Shown: positions 25,026 through 38,183, counted from the stretch's first letter. The stretch: DNA of 64,000 nt from Trichosphaerium sp. ATCC 40318 (GCA_038496445.1 JALMLS010000186.1:102882-166881); one strand, 5' to 3'. Program-made: numbers and translations. Notes: generated from the sequence alone by a model not told the origin.

Positions 25026-27396
25026 ATGGCTTCTCAGGGTAGTCATAGAACCTCTATTAAGCGGCTTGTAGAATATTTAAATTATATTGAACAGTGTACT
25101 GGTATTATTGCTGCAGATCAGGATGTATTAAGCGTGTTAAACAGACAAGATGAAAAAGTAAAGGACATTCATACACGAGAACGTTTTTTACAGCTATGTA
25201 GAGACTTTGACCCTAAGAGCATGACAGGTAATACAGTTTGGTTCATTTTTGTTGTAGATAACGTTAAAGACATTTCGAGAAACTTTTATTTTGCTAAAAA
25301 GTGTGAAATACGCACGTGTTTTGTAGTACTATTTCAACCGGCGTAGTTTCGACTTTTTCTAAAATCTGTTTTCACGTGCTAATTAGTATTTTTTCAAAAG
25401 GTTTTCTGTATCAAGTAAAGCCTTCACATCCACTTCTTGGTTCATCAAGTAGTGCTTTTGTATCTGTTAAAGATATAAGAAATACGAACTTAACTGATGA
25501 GCACGTGATTGATTTACCAGATGAGCTCGTTGTTGCAAGAAAGAAATTCGCAAGTAAGCCTTTAAAAAAAAAATACAGAAAAAACATGTTTTTTAACCAG
25601 TCCCTAGAGCGGATACGCGCTGATACAACAGACTTTTCAGATACTAGAAAGGTTCTTTTATACACTAAAAAGTGGATAAACAAAAGATATACATACCCAA
25701 TGAAGCAATTGAGCGAAGCGATGCCACTTAATATTGATTGGAGTGAAACAAAGTTTGCATCAAAGAAGCAGAGAAAAAATTGCTGGAGATTGATCATTTG
25801 CGGCTCTTTATTACTCCTACTTTTAATCGCATGTATTTCTACTATATGGGTTTTATACGTACTTCATGATGGATGCATCATAACAAATTGTACGTTCACA
25901 AACATGAGACTAGAATTTTGTAGCAAAATTGTTGGAGAAAACTCAACGTTTTTTCGGTCATCAAGCATGTCTATCAAACTTGAATACTCGTCATTGATAT
26001 TAAGCATATCATAGCATGTGCATACTCGCTTCTTACCTTTTTAAAGCTCATATATAGCAGAAATTTAATGGGTTTTTTGATTGTTTTTTTAGATGCTTAC
26101 AAGAACATATGGGGAAACTCTTACCTTGCGTTATCATACGCAGGTTCAAAGGATTTTTCTATAGCTGTTCCAGATAATTTTGATGAGAAACAAAGTAGAC
26201 CCTTTCGAGTATTTAAAAATAGAATATATACATTTGATAAAGAGTCAAGACTTGTTCATAGAGGTGTAAATGATAGATGGTGGTTTGGTGGATATAAAAC
26301 TGAAGGAGTAAGGAGTTTTTTTTTTGGAATGGTTTTTGACATTTTGCTTGATACTCACGTGATCAAATGTTTAGAAATTTGATGCATCAGTTTTCGCTCT
26401 ATCGGATGAATATCTTTATTTTACGGATACTCGTGGTAGATTACGTGCATCTGCTATGAACGATTTGAAGGAAAGTCAAAATTATTCATCCTTATCTGTT
26501 AGATTTGATGATCCACGAATAGCTGTTGGTGATAAACACGTATACATCTCCACAAATCCTAAAAATACTAGAAAATGTGAAGTACATGTAACACATTTAC
26601 TGGAAGGTACCGAAGCTTTAAAGACTAGAAAAAATAAAAGATTAATATCCATGTGTTTTGTGAAATGACTCTTTTTTTTTTAGATAAGCCAATCGAACCA
26701 AAGATTTTTTATTGTAAATCTGCTTGTCCAGATGGAATAACTAGTATTGAAACACTCATTGCAAAAGATCAATTCGCTTATGGAGTCATCGCATGTGGCA
26801 ATGGGACAAAATTAATTATACTAGAAGGGTCACAACTGGTTGTCTCAACAAGGTACCTTTGTCTAGTCAAGCAACAAGTACTGATGTCCTAGGAAATATG
26901 ACTTTATGCGCCTCAGCTTCAATTCACAGAAACAAGAGCTTTTAGGATTTTCGTACAATCACACTGAGGCCAAATATTTCGTAACAAGGCTACACTTTAA
27001 AAATTACGGTTAGACTTTTTGAACACTAGTTTCTCACTTTTTTATTAAACAACAAATTGTAGATCTGAAGTTCCTTCAAACATTATTTCTGCCAAAGGGT
27101 GTTATAAGTAGAGTATTAAGTAAGAACGAGGGATTATATTACACGAATTCTTGCAGTTACGTGTCTATTTTGAGGCGTAAATTTACTAAAGCAAAATCGA
27201 ATAGGTATTTTTAGCTCCATTGGTAAAACGATACATATAGTCTCTCTTGGCGTGGTTGGCTTCTTTGTTTTAATTTACACTATTGCTATTATATGGATTA
27301 TAGTGAGAAGGTACAAAAAACGAAAATATGAAGAACTTGGTAGCGCTAGTGTTACTATAAACGTGCCAAAGACATCAAGTATTTTAGAAGAATAGA
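25026..27396 (+). CDS. Multi-exon membrane protein of unknown function (two TM segments flanking a large loop)
   Basis: Spliceable ORFs. TM segments LIICGSLLLLLLIACISTIWVLY and VSLGVVGFFVLIYTIAIIWIIV followed by RRYKKRK. Confidence 0.6.
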
Positions 27397-27529
27397 ATAG
27401 GAAAGATCAAAAAAATAAAAAAAACAAACAAAAGGCTGTTAAATTAGAAGATCAGGTTGAGGTCTTTTTCGTTTTAAATGATATAATGACATAAACGTTG
27501 TACTTAGAAATCGATATATTGTATGTTAA

Positions 27530-28136
27530 AGGCGTTATGACTCGGTCGTACGTAATTTTTTTTTCGGATTTTCTTGGTCCGGAAGCAAAGAAAATACGAG
27601 GCCTGTGTTACCGTGTATCGTCATTTATTTCATTTTCGTGAATACCTAAAAAACCGATAGACGTCAAATTCGGTTTTCTGTAAGTACTTTGGGATCCTGT
27701 GATTTCCCACAAAAATTTCCGATGAGAAAACCCGACCCGTATTAACTTTTAATTTCTGAGAAAAACGAGTGCTTGCCGTTTACTATCACGTGTTTTACAT
27801 AAGTGCATGATGAGGAGACAAGTAGACCAAAACGTTGTGTATTCATATACGTCACTTTAATGTCATGATATGCTTATAACGTTTAATGCAGCCGACTCTA
27901 TTGGTTTTTTGTAATTTTGTTCAAATTCATGAAATGACTTCAAACCAAGATTTTTTACAGCTGCCACATAGCTAGCGCCTTTGATGCCATTGCGGCTTTT
28001 TTATTAGTCCGAGATTTTCGCGAATTTTCCTCCTTATTTCAATTACATCTACAACCCCTCAAGAGATATAAGACATGTTATAGCCGCGTGTGATATGCTT
28101 TTTGACGGAAAAAAAAAATGAAGTCAAAAAATGTCC
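27530..28136. mobile_element. Possible degenerate TTAA-flanked MITE
   Basis: TTAA|AGGCGTTATGACT... and ...AGTCAAAAAATGTCC|TTAA. Only loose inverted similarity, but size is similar to the other two elements. Confidence 0.25.
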
Positions 28137-28426
28137 TTAACCGAGAAAACTTACCGTACTTCTTCTCTGGCCTTCGCATCCCGGCTTTTTCTGCCATAGT
28201 ATCTATAATATAGTGTTAAACTATCTGTTAAGCATATTCTCGGTACGTTTCTCATGTGTCGCTTATTTCTTTTTACCCGATGGTTTTCGAAATTTTTTTT
28301 TGGCTTACTTGTGACCACATGGTCAATTTCCGTTTGTCCTTTCGCAAGTTGAAACACTTGAGTTCATACAGAGTTTATACTTTATCTATAGAGTCCCGTG
28401 TAGCTTATTAATAGTTTTATAGTACA

Positions 28427-29568
28427 ATGGAGTCTTTTAAACGGTCGTTAATGTCGAGAGCCGAGTGTACGTTTTACGTTAGTGTTTTTTTACAGCATTT
28501 TTTTTTTATTGAATCACGTGTTGATTTATTTACATACTGTTCCCAGTTACGCTTCATACTGGCTCAATAATTTTGCGTCTACCTCGGGAAATACAAAAAA
28601 AGATAAGCTCAACGAACGAAGAGACGTTTACTAAATGGTACGTAAAAGTGTACATAGAGCCCAAAAGAAGAATAAAATTTTGTCGCTAAAAAACAACAAC
28701 CGAAAAAAAAAAACCCCGTCAACCGCCAAAACTTGCGAACTCAAGTTTCGCCTTTTCAGCGATAACTGACAACTTTATTTCTAGGCACGTGCTATCTAAA
28801 CTAGCAGCAACAATGACCCACTATAATAATAAACTTGAGAGGAATGGTATATGGCTAAAGTGGCATAGTAACGGTCAACTACGTGTTAGATGTTTTATTC
28901 AACATGGCGTAAAAGAAGGACGAAGAACACATTGGTACGAAAACGGTCAGATAAAGTCTCTATGTTTCTTAAAACACGGTCTACCTCATGGAGAAGTAAG
29001 AGAGTGGTATGATAATGGACAAATAAGTTCGTTATGTACTATGAATGAAGGAAAAAGAGAGGGAGAATATAAAACATTTTTTATGAATGGTCAATTGGAG
29101 TCTTTTGGTTTTTTTAAAGAAGATAAAGAGAATGGAGAGTTTAAAGAGTTTAGAGAGAACGGACAGATATTAATGCATTGTTATATGATAGATGGAAGAC
29201 AAGAGGGTGAGTATAGAGAGTGGCATCATAATGGGCAGCTCTCTATGAGATGTTTTATGAAAAACGGTATGGAAAACGGTGAATATAAAGAGTGGTATGA
29301 TAACGGTCAGTTACATATGCACTGGGTTATGAAAGACGGTAAAGCCGAAGGAGAGTATAAAGAATGGCATGATAACGGTAGATTAAAGTCGTTATGTGTA
29401 TTTAAAGGAGGTGACGAAGACGGAGAAATACAAGAATGGCATAGGAATGGACAGTTAAAGATGAGATGTTTCATGAAGGAAGGTATTGAGAATGGCGCTC
29501 ATAAGGAGTGGAATGATAAAGGATGTGTAACAATACATGCTTATATGAGGCACGGTGTATGTGTTTAA
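28427..29568 (+). CDS. F-box-like + MORN repeat protein (3 exons, Met-rich repeats)
   Basis: Introns 28467-28546 and 28638-28784 give MESFKRSLMSRAEFTLHTGSIILRLPREIQKKISSTNEETFTKWHVLSKLAATMTHY, restoring the family F-box. Confidence 0.85.
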
Positions 29569-30195
29569 AAGAAAAGAGAAAAAGAAACCAAAAGAAAATA
29601 AAAGAAATACAAACAAAGCAAAATTCGTCTTTTTTTCTTGATTTCCTTCTTCGTATGTCCTGTTTACCTTTTTTATTTTGAACTGGTGTTACTGACGTTG
29701 TAAATTGGTGCGGTTTTTCAAGTGCTTGTCTCTTTTTGCTACAACTGGTTGTGAAGTGCAAGAATTGTCTTTTTGGGTAAGTTGTTTTAACATACGAGTT
29801 GAGGTAAGTCGTTGGCTTTATTTTGAACGTAAATAGTCCGTCGTAGTACTTTATTACCACAAAAAAGAAAATACCCACTGCGCAAACAACTCTCCAGTTA
29901 ACCTCGACTTCTTAACGGTTATGATTCGGTGAAAATTCATCTGAAAGCGTTGGACAAGCTCTACCAAATTAGGGAGGTTTGCACTAAGTCATTACAAAGC
30001 ATACCAAACGCCACAACGGAGTTAATGTACTACGTAAATATTTTTCAGCCATCTAAAACCTACATATTCCAAGAAGGTCGGCAAACAAACCTTCAATTGT
30101 TGAAACAGAAGCAAGCTACTCTAGGTGCCTTGTTTTGTTTATTTCGTATTTGGTTACAAGCATTTAAGACCGTATTTGGGGTAGCTGTATTTGTA

Positions 30196-31164
30196 TCACT
30201 TGTTAAAGCATATGCGTGCACCATCCAAAGACTTTAACCCTTCGCGTGTTACATTTGTATAGGATAGATCAATCACATGCACACCAACTAATGCTTTCAC
30301 ACCATGATCTGTTATTGACTTGCAACCAAATAAGTGGATAGTGTGTACTCCAGTCAATGCTATCAGGCCTTCATCTGTCACATTTGTTTTGGATAGATCA
30401 ATCGTGTGCACACCAGCTAATGCCTTTACACCGTGATCTGTTATTGACTTGCAACCATATAAGTGGATAGAGTGCACTCCAGTTAAAGCTTTTAATCCTT
30501 CATCTGTTACTTTTGTTACTGATAAATAAATAACATGTACACCAGCTAATGTCTTCACACCTTCGTCTGTTACATTTGTATAGGATAGATCAATCACATG
30601 CGCACCAGCTAAAGCCTTCACACCGTTGTCCGTTATTGCTTTACAAAACCGTAAGTGGATGGTGTGTACACCAGCCAATGCCTTCACACCTTCGCCTGTT
30701 ATTGATTTACAATACCATAAGTGGATGGTATGTACTCCAGACAATGCCTTCAAACCTTCATCTGTTACAGCTGTTTCATATAAGCCGATAGTGTGTACAC
30801 CAGCCAATGCCTTCACACCTTCATCTGTTATTGAATGGCAAAATTGAAGATTGAGGGTATGAACACCTGCTAGCAATTGCAAGTGGCTGTCAGTTAGATT
30901 ATGAAATTGGCGAAAAGAAATAGCTGAGTTCTTCAATAAAGGACTCCCAGATAGAATTTTCACTTCAGTTTCACTAGTTACATTGATTTCACCATATCCA
31001 ACATGGTTGTGAACGATACCTCGTAATAAGCGGCATGTTTGGGCCGAACGGAGTGTATAACTCCCTTGTGTAAGAATATGAACTATTACTTCAACTGGGA
31101 GAGAGGTTAGGTAGCAGTAGTGAGCAGCATTTGTTTTTTCACATCCTGTTGCTGATTTGTCCAT
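30196..31164 (-). CDS. F-box + LRR protein (single exon, about 11 repeats)
   Basis: LTSLPVEVIVHIL...SAQTCRLLRGIV followed by LAGVH repeats. Confidence 0.9.
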   Translation of the reverse strand: MDKSATGCEKTNAAHYCYLTSLPVEVIVHILTQGSYTLRSAQTCRLLRGIVHNHVGYGEINVTSETEVKILSGSPLLKNSAISFRQFHNLTDSHLQLLAGVHTLNLQFCHSITDEGVKALAGVHTIGLYETAVTDEGLKALSGVHTIHLWYCKSITGEGVKALAGVHTIHLRFCKAITDNGVKALAGAHVIDLSYTNVTDEGVKTLAGVHVIYLSVTKVTDEGLKALTGVHSIHLYGCKSITDHGVKALAGVHTIDLSKTNVTDEGLIALTGVHTIHLFGCKSITDHGVKALVGVHVIDLSYTNVTREGLKSLDGARICFNK

Positions 31165-31619
31165 TCTCTTAGTACACCTTCCACTCCCTTAGCGTTGTAT
31201 GAAACTTGCCAACGTAACTTGAAAGAAAGAGTCGTAAGAAGTCAATTAAAGTAAAGATAAGCGACCAGTTGTGTAGTAAGTAGCTAAATGTAACTACATA
31301 TTCAGAGAACGCATGGTAACATTAATGACATTGGATTAACGATGAGGTTAATACCAGTCATTGAATAAGAACAAGGGCTTTACGCGTTACATTTGCTAGA
31401 GTCCCGTTTAAAGGGCATATTGCCGAGATAATAGCGCTTCTTAGAAAAAATCAGACTAATATTCTGATAAGAATCACTCCACACAATTGTCAAGTTTAAG
31501 AACAAGGCGAGGCGCTTTCAATTACTATCCACTATGACAAACAGTGATTGGAAAAGTGTTAACAATTGTCAACTGTCCAATTAACAGAAAATAAAACGGT
31601 TCAAAAAGTAGAATGGTTG

Positions 31620-31788
31620 AAATTGTGCACAAAGAATATATTCATTGACTAACAATCGTTTAAGCATTTAACTCAAGACATGGTAACAAGAAGCTTTGTA
31701 TTTGTTAAAGTTGGATCTCTTGGAACGGTCCAAAGAATCCACCGTAGTGGTTCATTGCCATCCAACAAGCACATTGCATATCAATCCC
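31620..31788 (-). repeat. Near-identical copy of the arylsulfatase 3' end (38606-38773)
   Basis: Direct alignment by eye shows only a few mismatches. It covers the last ~28 codons plus 3' UTR. Confidence 0.9.
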
Positions 31789-32150
31789 ATAACAACTGCA
31801 CAAAGGTTTCAAGTAACTGGTTTTGTTCTACTTCTTGTCACGCGTTATTTTTGATGTTGTTGCTCCAGCCTTAATTTTCGAAACAAATTGTAGATGCTCA
31901 ATCGAGCTATGGACGGTCTAATACGCTTCTAAACAGTGACAAACTACTTTCCGACGCTCTTGTTTTGATTGGCCACTTTTTTTTTTTCGGCACCAAAATT
32001 GTGGTCGAATCATCATCTTTTCCTTTTGCCTCAAGCATACTATCATTTCAAATTTGGCTTGGTACGTTTGTTACCTTTGCTGAATTCGTTTGTGGAAACG
32101 TTGTTCCTTAACACATTTTCTTATTTTCAACTTTCATCTTCGACTAGCGG

Positions 32151-34779
32151 ATGACGTCAAGATTTGCCTTATTCGCACTCTTTGTGTATATTTACATCAC
32201 CACAAGCACGTGCGCAGTTGTTTCAAAATGTACATGGGAAAATACAGTATACACGCTTCATAATGATACAGACAATGATTCATGCGAAATGGGTAATGTT
32301 TCTACGAGAACAGACCTTTATTTTCCCTAAGTATTACTTTCTCGCTAGGATTCAATCCTCTTGTACTTGACAGTATTATGGAAGCATCTGTAATGACTTT
32401 ATTTCCCGTACGTACGACGAGCACAAATAAATTACTTTTTTGTTTTTTATCTCCCAAATCACGTGTTTGTTGGTTAAAAGGTTAATTAGCGACTACGTTT
32501 AACTATTACCACGTCAAACAGTATTGATTATTTTTGGTACGATAACTCGCTTGTCAGTGCCGTCGCTATGCAACTGTCATATCCTGGGAGTGTCATTGAC
32601 GATACCAACTGTCCTACACTTCACAGAGGCGTGCGTACAATAAGTTTAAGCTTAAAAATAGAATTAGCTCATATCAAATGCTTGTGACTCACATTATTTC
32701 GTTTGTGAAGCACCCTCTGGCAATTTTCCTTCAGTGTCAACTCCTTGCATAGAGATGTTGGAAAATGTACCTTGTAATCATTACAACAACGTTTCAGGTA
32801 TTGAGAAACCACATCATGTTAACTCTGTTTTTATTTTGTTGAACAGATCATTGCTACAACCCTGTTAGTTCGCTTTTCACATGGCCTGAAGCTCAAGGTA
32901 CTTGTGGGAAAATAGCACCAGTTTCTCAATAACATTATTACAACAGGACATTGTTTACAACAAGGTGGATACCTAATGACAATCACCAGCGCTGAGGAGT
33001 TTGATTATGTTAGTAATTTTTTGCCTTTCCGCAGTGCAGGCCGAGGTTATCTCGCAATGATTGGGTTGACAAGTGGATACAGGGAGCACCTTGATTTCCA
33101 ATGGGTACTATTATGTTTTAAATCTACAATCAATTAACTCCAGTCCAAAGGCAGTAACGAATGAATCACTCGATTATGGACAAGTATTTTTGGAAATGCC
33201 TTGGCTTGATGCAGAGCCAGGACAAGGCGCTAATTCCCTTGAAAATTGTGCACTCATGGTCAATGTAACACAGGGGATAGGTTGGGCTGACATTACTTGT
33301 GCCCGAGCAGAACCGTTCATATGTGAGCTTGATACACCACCTCCTACACTCCCGCCGACAGGTACAGACTTTTGCTTGTAAGTGGTATGTAACCCGGTTG
33401 TTTAGTTATTCCAACATCCACATTACCACCAACAGATACGCCAACAGATACGCCAACAACAGGTATCTTCAAGATTACTTCATAAGCCCTAGTATCAGAA
33501 TAGAGGTGTTGGTCAGGTGCTAACTGGTTGTAGATTTTATACCAACTGATAGTGTTGTTGTACTTGATTTTGATATTTCTATCAATGGTATGGTGTTTCA
33601 TAGACTCGCTGATACTAATATACTTGAAAGGCATGGCTAGGTTCAATAACACAACACTTCAACTGAGTAAAACCAATACAATATTTGAAGTGGGAAGCTG
33701 TATCATTGGTCCATTTAACATTGATGCTACATCAATTAAGGGCGTCCTCTCAGATTAGACCCAGCGTACAGAATTTGCTACTTTTTACACAATACATTCC
33801 AGACACACAAGGCATCCTCCATAGCGATTTAGAGCAACACAGGTCGCCTTTGAAAAATTGAAAAAAAAAACTGCTTAAACTGATGTGCCAAAACCGAAAA
33901 GTGTCTAAAACGCGTTTTACTATCATATAAACACATTTTAGGCTATTTTACATTATTACTAAAGACAAAACCTGTATTTGAAGTTCATTTTTGATGACTG
34001 CACTTAGCACACATACATTAACCGTATACCAGCGTATTAAGCAAATTCAAGCCTGTGCAAAAAAGAAAAAATACTAAATTAAGATTTACTTTCCAAAATA
34101 AGAAAAATTCAATCCCTAAACCTTATATTCGAAGCTCATATTGCCATAAACACCTTAAATATGTGTGTAGACTTTGAATATAAAGTTTAAGGAAAATCTG
34201 AGGATGTACAATTGAGATAAAAAAAACTGCTAAAAAAAGCACATCATAATGCTCGAAGTTCATATTCGAAGCCAATTTTTTACACAGAGCTGTGTATACA
34301 CGTGTTTGTAGTGTGGCAAAAGTTTAAAGTAAATCAAAGCATGTACAATTTAGTAAACACTAATCTGAGATGACGCCCTTAAAGTATACTACAATTTTCT
34401 TATTTTAGTGTAAACATAATATTTTGTAGGTAGCTTCATTACTGTTATCACAACTTAAAGAATGTGAAGAGGTTGCTCCAATGGTTCTCTTGAGTAGAAC
34501 GCAGTGTCTTGAGCAAACAAGATCATCTACATCGCTATCAAGCACTCTCAATATCAAGGTTTTCGAGTGTAGCAGTAGAACGCTCACTGTATGTACTGTA
34601 CTGCTTCTTGTTATGGTATTGTTGCTGTTGTAAAATTGAACTAAAATCTAAACCAATAAAATCTTAGCCAATGTAAATCATTTTGTACTTTCGTTCTAGT
34701 GACGGTTGCTTGTTCACTTGGTATTGATAAGTTCTTCATAGTACTCACCGGATCACTTGTGCTGTTATCCAAGGTGTAG
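32151..34779 (+). CDS. C-type lectin domain membrane/secreted protein with Pro/Thr stalk, interrupted by a MITE (possible pseudogene; 3' end uncertain)
   Basis: Signal peptide and CTLD motifs (CYNPVSSLFTWPEAQ, CLQQGGYLMTITSAEE, ENCALM...WADITCARAEPFICE), then PT repeats. Confidence 0.7.
33740..34378. mobile_element. Kolobok-like MITE (639 bp, 19-bp TIR, TTAA TSD)
   Basis: TTAA|GGGCGTCCTCTCAGATTAG ... CTAATCTGAGATGACGCCC|TTAA, an 18/19 inverted match. Internal ATATTCGAAGC repeats. Confidence 0.88.
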
Positions 34780-35207
34780 GGCCTATTATATGACTACATA
34801 CCGTCATCCACAGCTTGTAGTAGTTGGACTGCTTGGCTAAGCACATCATTGCTTATAGATGCAACAAAGGTTTTGTATTACTTCCAAATATCTACGATTT
34901 GTTTCCGTAACTAATTAAGGTAATATTTCAAAGCTAGGATCTACACTATTGCCCACGCAGTGGCAATGTAAAGAAAGAAAAAATTTATTACGATATTTAT
35001 CGAAGGGCAACTTTTCCCTACCTCGACCTCACTGGGTCACTGTAACAAAATTTACAATTGGCTTGCCCTGGACCGAATACAACTATGGAGGACGTAGGCG
35101 AATCAATAACTTCGCAACACTTGAAGCACCAAGTGGCAATGTGTGATGTTGTTTACTTTGAATGACTTTTTTCGTAGGTTCTCAAGGACGAAGCCTTATC
35201 TTCAAAT

Positions 35208-36247
35208 ATGACATCTAAAACTACATTAAGAAATAGCGTACGGTATACCGACGTCATACTACGACTAACACAAAAAATTAGTTACAATCCGAAAAATGTC
35301 TTGTATTGTGTCTTCCGTTGGAACTACATGGTGAAATCATTGATTTAAGCTTTGAAGTTTATAAAAAGTGGTCGCTGTTATCAAAATACATGGCAACAAC
35401 AACAAGGTTTGACAACGAGTTAAATAAACACGGGAAATGGATAAAAAAACGTGAAACCAAAAAGCCAAATATTTTATGTCACGTGTTTTTCAAAAACGGT
35501 TTACGTCATGGAGATTCAAAGAGTTGGTTTAAAAACGGCCAAGTACTTTCTCAAAAATTTTTTGTGAATGGTAAACTGCAAGGGGAGGTCAAGAGGTTCT
35601 ATCCTAATGGTACAGTGCGGGTACATTGCAATTACATAGATGGCAAACGAGATGGGCAGCTTAAGAAGTACCATAAGACTGGTCAATTATCTGAACAAAG
35701 TAATTATGCAAATGGCGCACGTGATGGAGAGTACAAAGAGTGGTTTACTGATGGTCAAATACATAGAAAAGTCTTTTATGTCAATGGTAAAAGAGAAGGA
35801 GAGCAGAAACGTTGGTATGAAAATGGCCACTTGAGGGAAAGTTTCAATTTCATAAAGGGCAAACTAGACGGAGAGAATAAGCAGTTCTATAAGAATGATC
35901 AAATAAGAACTGAACGTAATTATACCAAAGGAAAACATGACGGGGAGGCCAAGTCCTGGCATGGTAATGGGCAATTACAGTCTCAAAGAATGTGGGTTAA
36001 TGGTAAATCTCATGGTGCATATCAGACATGGCACAGCAATGGGCAATTGAAAAAGCAGTGCAATTATGTGAATGGTTACCGAGAAGGAGAAGACAGGAAG
36101 TGGCATGAAAATGGACAAACAAAGGAAATAGTTTATTTTAAGAATGGGAAATACAATGGCACTGTAAAGACATATGACTCAGAAGGTAACCTGACTTCAC
36201 AGTGTATATATGTTAATGATAAAAGAATGGAAGAAAACACAAACTGA
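35208..36247 (+). CDS. F-box-like + MORN repeat protein (2 exons)
   Basis: ATG at 35208, 44-nt intron 35238-35281 (GTACGG...ACTAAC...TTAG), then LCLPLELHGEIIDLSFEVYKKWSLLSK and about 11 repeats. Confidence 0.88.
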
Positions 36248-36752
36248 GAATAAACACATCCACAAATATGAATCCGAGTGAGAATAGACTTGAAAATGAA
36301 AGGTGGCTAGAGTCCAAAGTTCGAAAAAAAAAATGTAAAAAACTTGATTCAAACTAATATTACTACCAATCCATAACCATAACTCTATCACAAGTTCCTA
36401 ACAGTAAAGACCGTTAAAACTAGCTTCTATAAATGCTTCTATCTATTGAATAGCATCAAAGCCTATTCTCAGTACCAGTGAAAAAACTAAGATTACCAGA
36501 GTGCTTGAAACATCTTTTAAAAAGTCTGATGGCTTGTTGTTACAGATAGCCCTCAAGTAAGTCAAAGTGTTGACCAGGGCGCCCTTTGACATGGGATGAT
36601 TCATACTCAATACAACATGAATCTGTTTGAACTGAGTATGTTTATTGTATAATATTTTGTCCTGCACTCCTCATCTCATAGAGGAACAAAAAAAAGTTCC
36701 TAGCCTTCAACTGTGCACTGAAATACGTTTCCTCAGTAACCGCCAACTTTTT

Positions 36753-38183
36753 TCACTTTGCTATCGTATCTAAGCGCAATTCACCATTTGTATCCCATTC
36801 TTTAAACACCCCTTTTCTTTTATCATTGACATAGTTGCAAAGCTGACATAATTGACCATTTTCATGCCAACTCTTGTACTCTCCCTCCAACTTATCATCA
36901 ACATAATAACAATGTGTATTTAGTTGTCCATTAGAGTACCACTGTTTAAACTCTCCATCTGGTTTACCATTCACACAATTATACTTCTCACCGAGCTGAC
37001 CGTTTTCGTGCCATTCTTTGTATTCTCCTTCTCGTTTGTTGTCAACATAGCTACATACCCTCCACTGATTACCGTTCTCGTGCCACTCCTCACACACACC
37101 TTGAATACGATTATCAACATAGACACACCGTGTCTCTAACTGCCCATTACTAAACCAATACTTGTGCTCTCCTTCTAATACATTACTACTGTAGGTACAG
37201 TGTTCTAATATTTGACCATTTTTATTCGGATCAAAACGCTTGTAATCTCCATCTAAACGCTCACGTTTATAACTTCCTTTCTCGTTCAAAAAACTATTTG
37301 GATGCCATTTTGTATACTCCCCTTCCTTAACACCTCTGACATATTTACAAGTCTCTTTTGGTAAACCACTGTCATACCATGTTTTGCACTGTCCGTGGCG
37401 AAAACCACCAACAAAATTAGATTCTTCAAGCAAATGACCATGATTCTTTGAATACCTTTTATACTTGCCTTCTTTCTTACCACGAACATAGTCATACTCT
37501 TCATATAATTCACCACTTACAGACCATGATTTGTACTCTCCTTCTTCTAAATCATCAACAAAGGTACACTTCTCATGTAATTGTCCATCTACATACCAAC
37601 GCTTAAACTCTCCTTCAAGTTTATCTTTAACATAATGATTTTCAACATGTAGCTGTCCATTGTAATACCATGTCTGATATACTCCTTCTAGCTTACCACT
37701 GACATAATGGCACTTGATTTCTTCTTTTTTCCAAGACCTGAACTCTCCCTCAAGCTCACCATTGACGTAATTGCTTTTGATGAGCAATTCGCCATCGGAT
37801 GCCCAACTCTTATGCTCTCCTTCTTCCTTGCCTTCCTTAAAATGCATTTGCTTCCGTAATTGACCGTTTTTGTACCATTTCTTGAACTCTCCGTGGAGTT
37901 TACCGTTTTTCCAATGAGCTTTCCTTAAGAGCACTGATTTGGACTTCTTTATCCATTTGCCGTGTTTTTGAAGCTCGTAGTTGAACCTAGTCGTAATTGC
38001 AGTGTATTTAGATAGCATTGACCATTTCTTGTACACTTCGAAGTCAAAATCGGCTAAATCGAGTTGTATCTCTAGCGGTAGGCGTAGTAGGTGGCAAAAA
38101 TCAGCTTCTGACTCATTCATCTAAAGCGTATATAAGCTTTCTGCAACAGTACAAGTAAAGAGTACTACTTGTCGTTTCGTCAT
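36753..38183 (-). CDS. F-box-like + MORN repeat protein (about 16 repeats, probable short 5' exon)
   Basis: LLRLPLEIQLDLADFDFEVYKKWSMLSK. The ORF ATG at 38120 is preceded by CTTTAG and an upstream mini-exon MTKRQ(V) starting at 38183. Confidence 0.88.

Noticed and set aside
29471-30237. Small ORFs between the MORN and LRR genes (possible spliced gene from ATG 30052 on the minus strand)
   Set aside because: Spliceable, but has no recognisable motif and would overlap the MORN 3' end. Support is insufficient.
907-31164. CRISPR array or diversity-generating retroelement suggested by regularly spaced near-identical DNA repeats
   Set aside because: The repeats are in-frame protein repeats of 63/66 nt. 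No cas or reverse transcriptase gene, and no adenine-specific template/variable pair was seen.
35208-38183. Bacterial YwqJK toxin-antitoxin system (MORN proteins often annotate as YwqK)
   Set aside because: No adjacent toxin, eukaryotic context and an F-box-like N-terminus.
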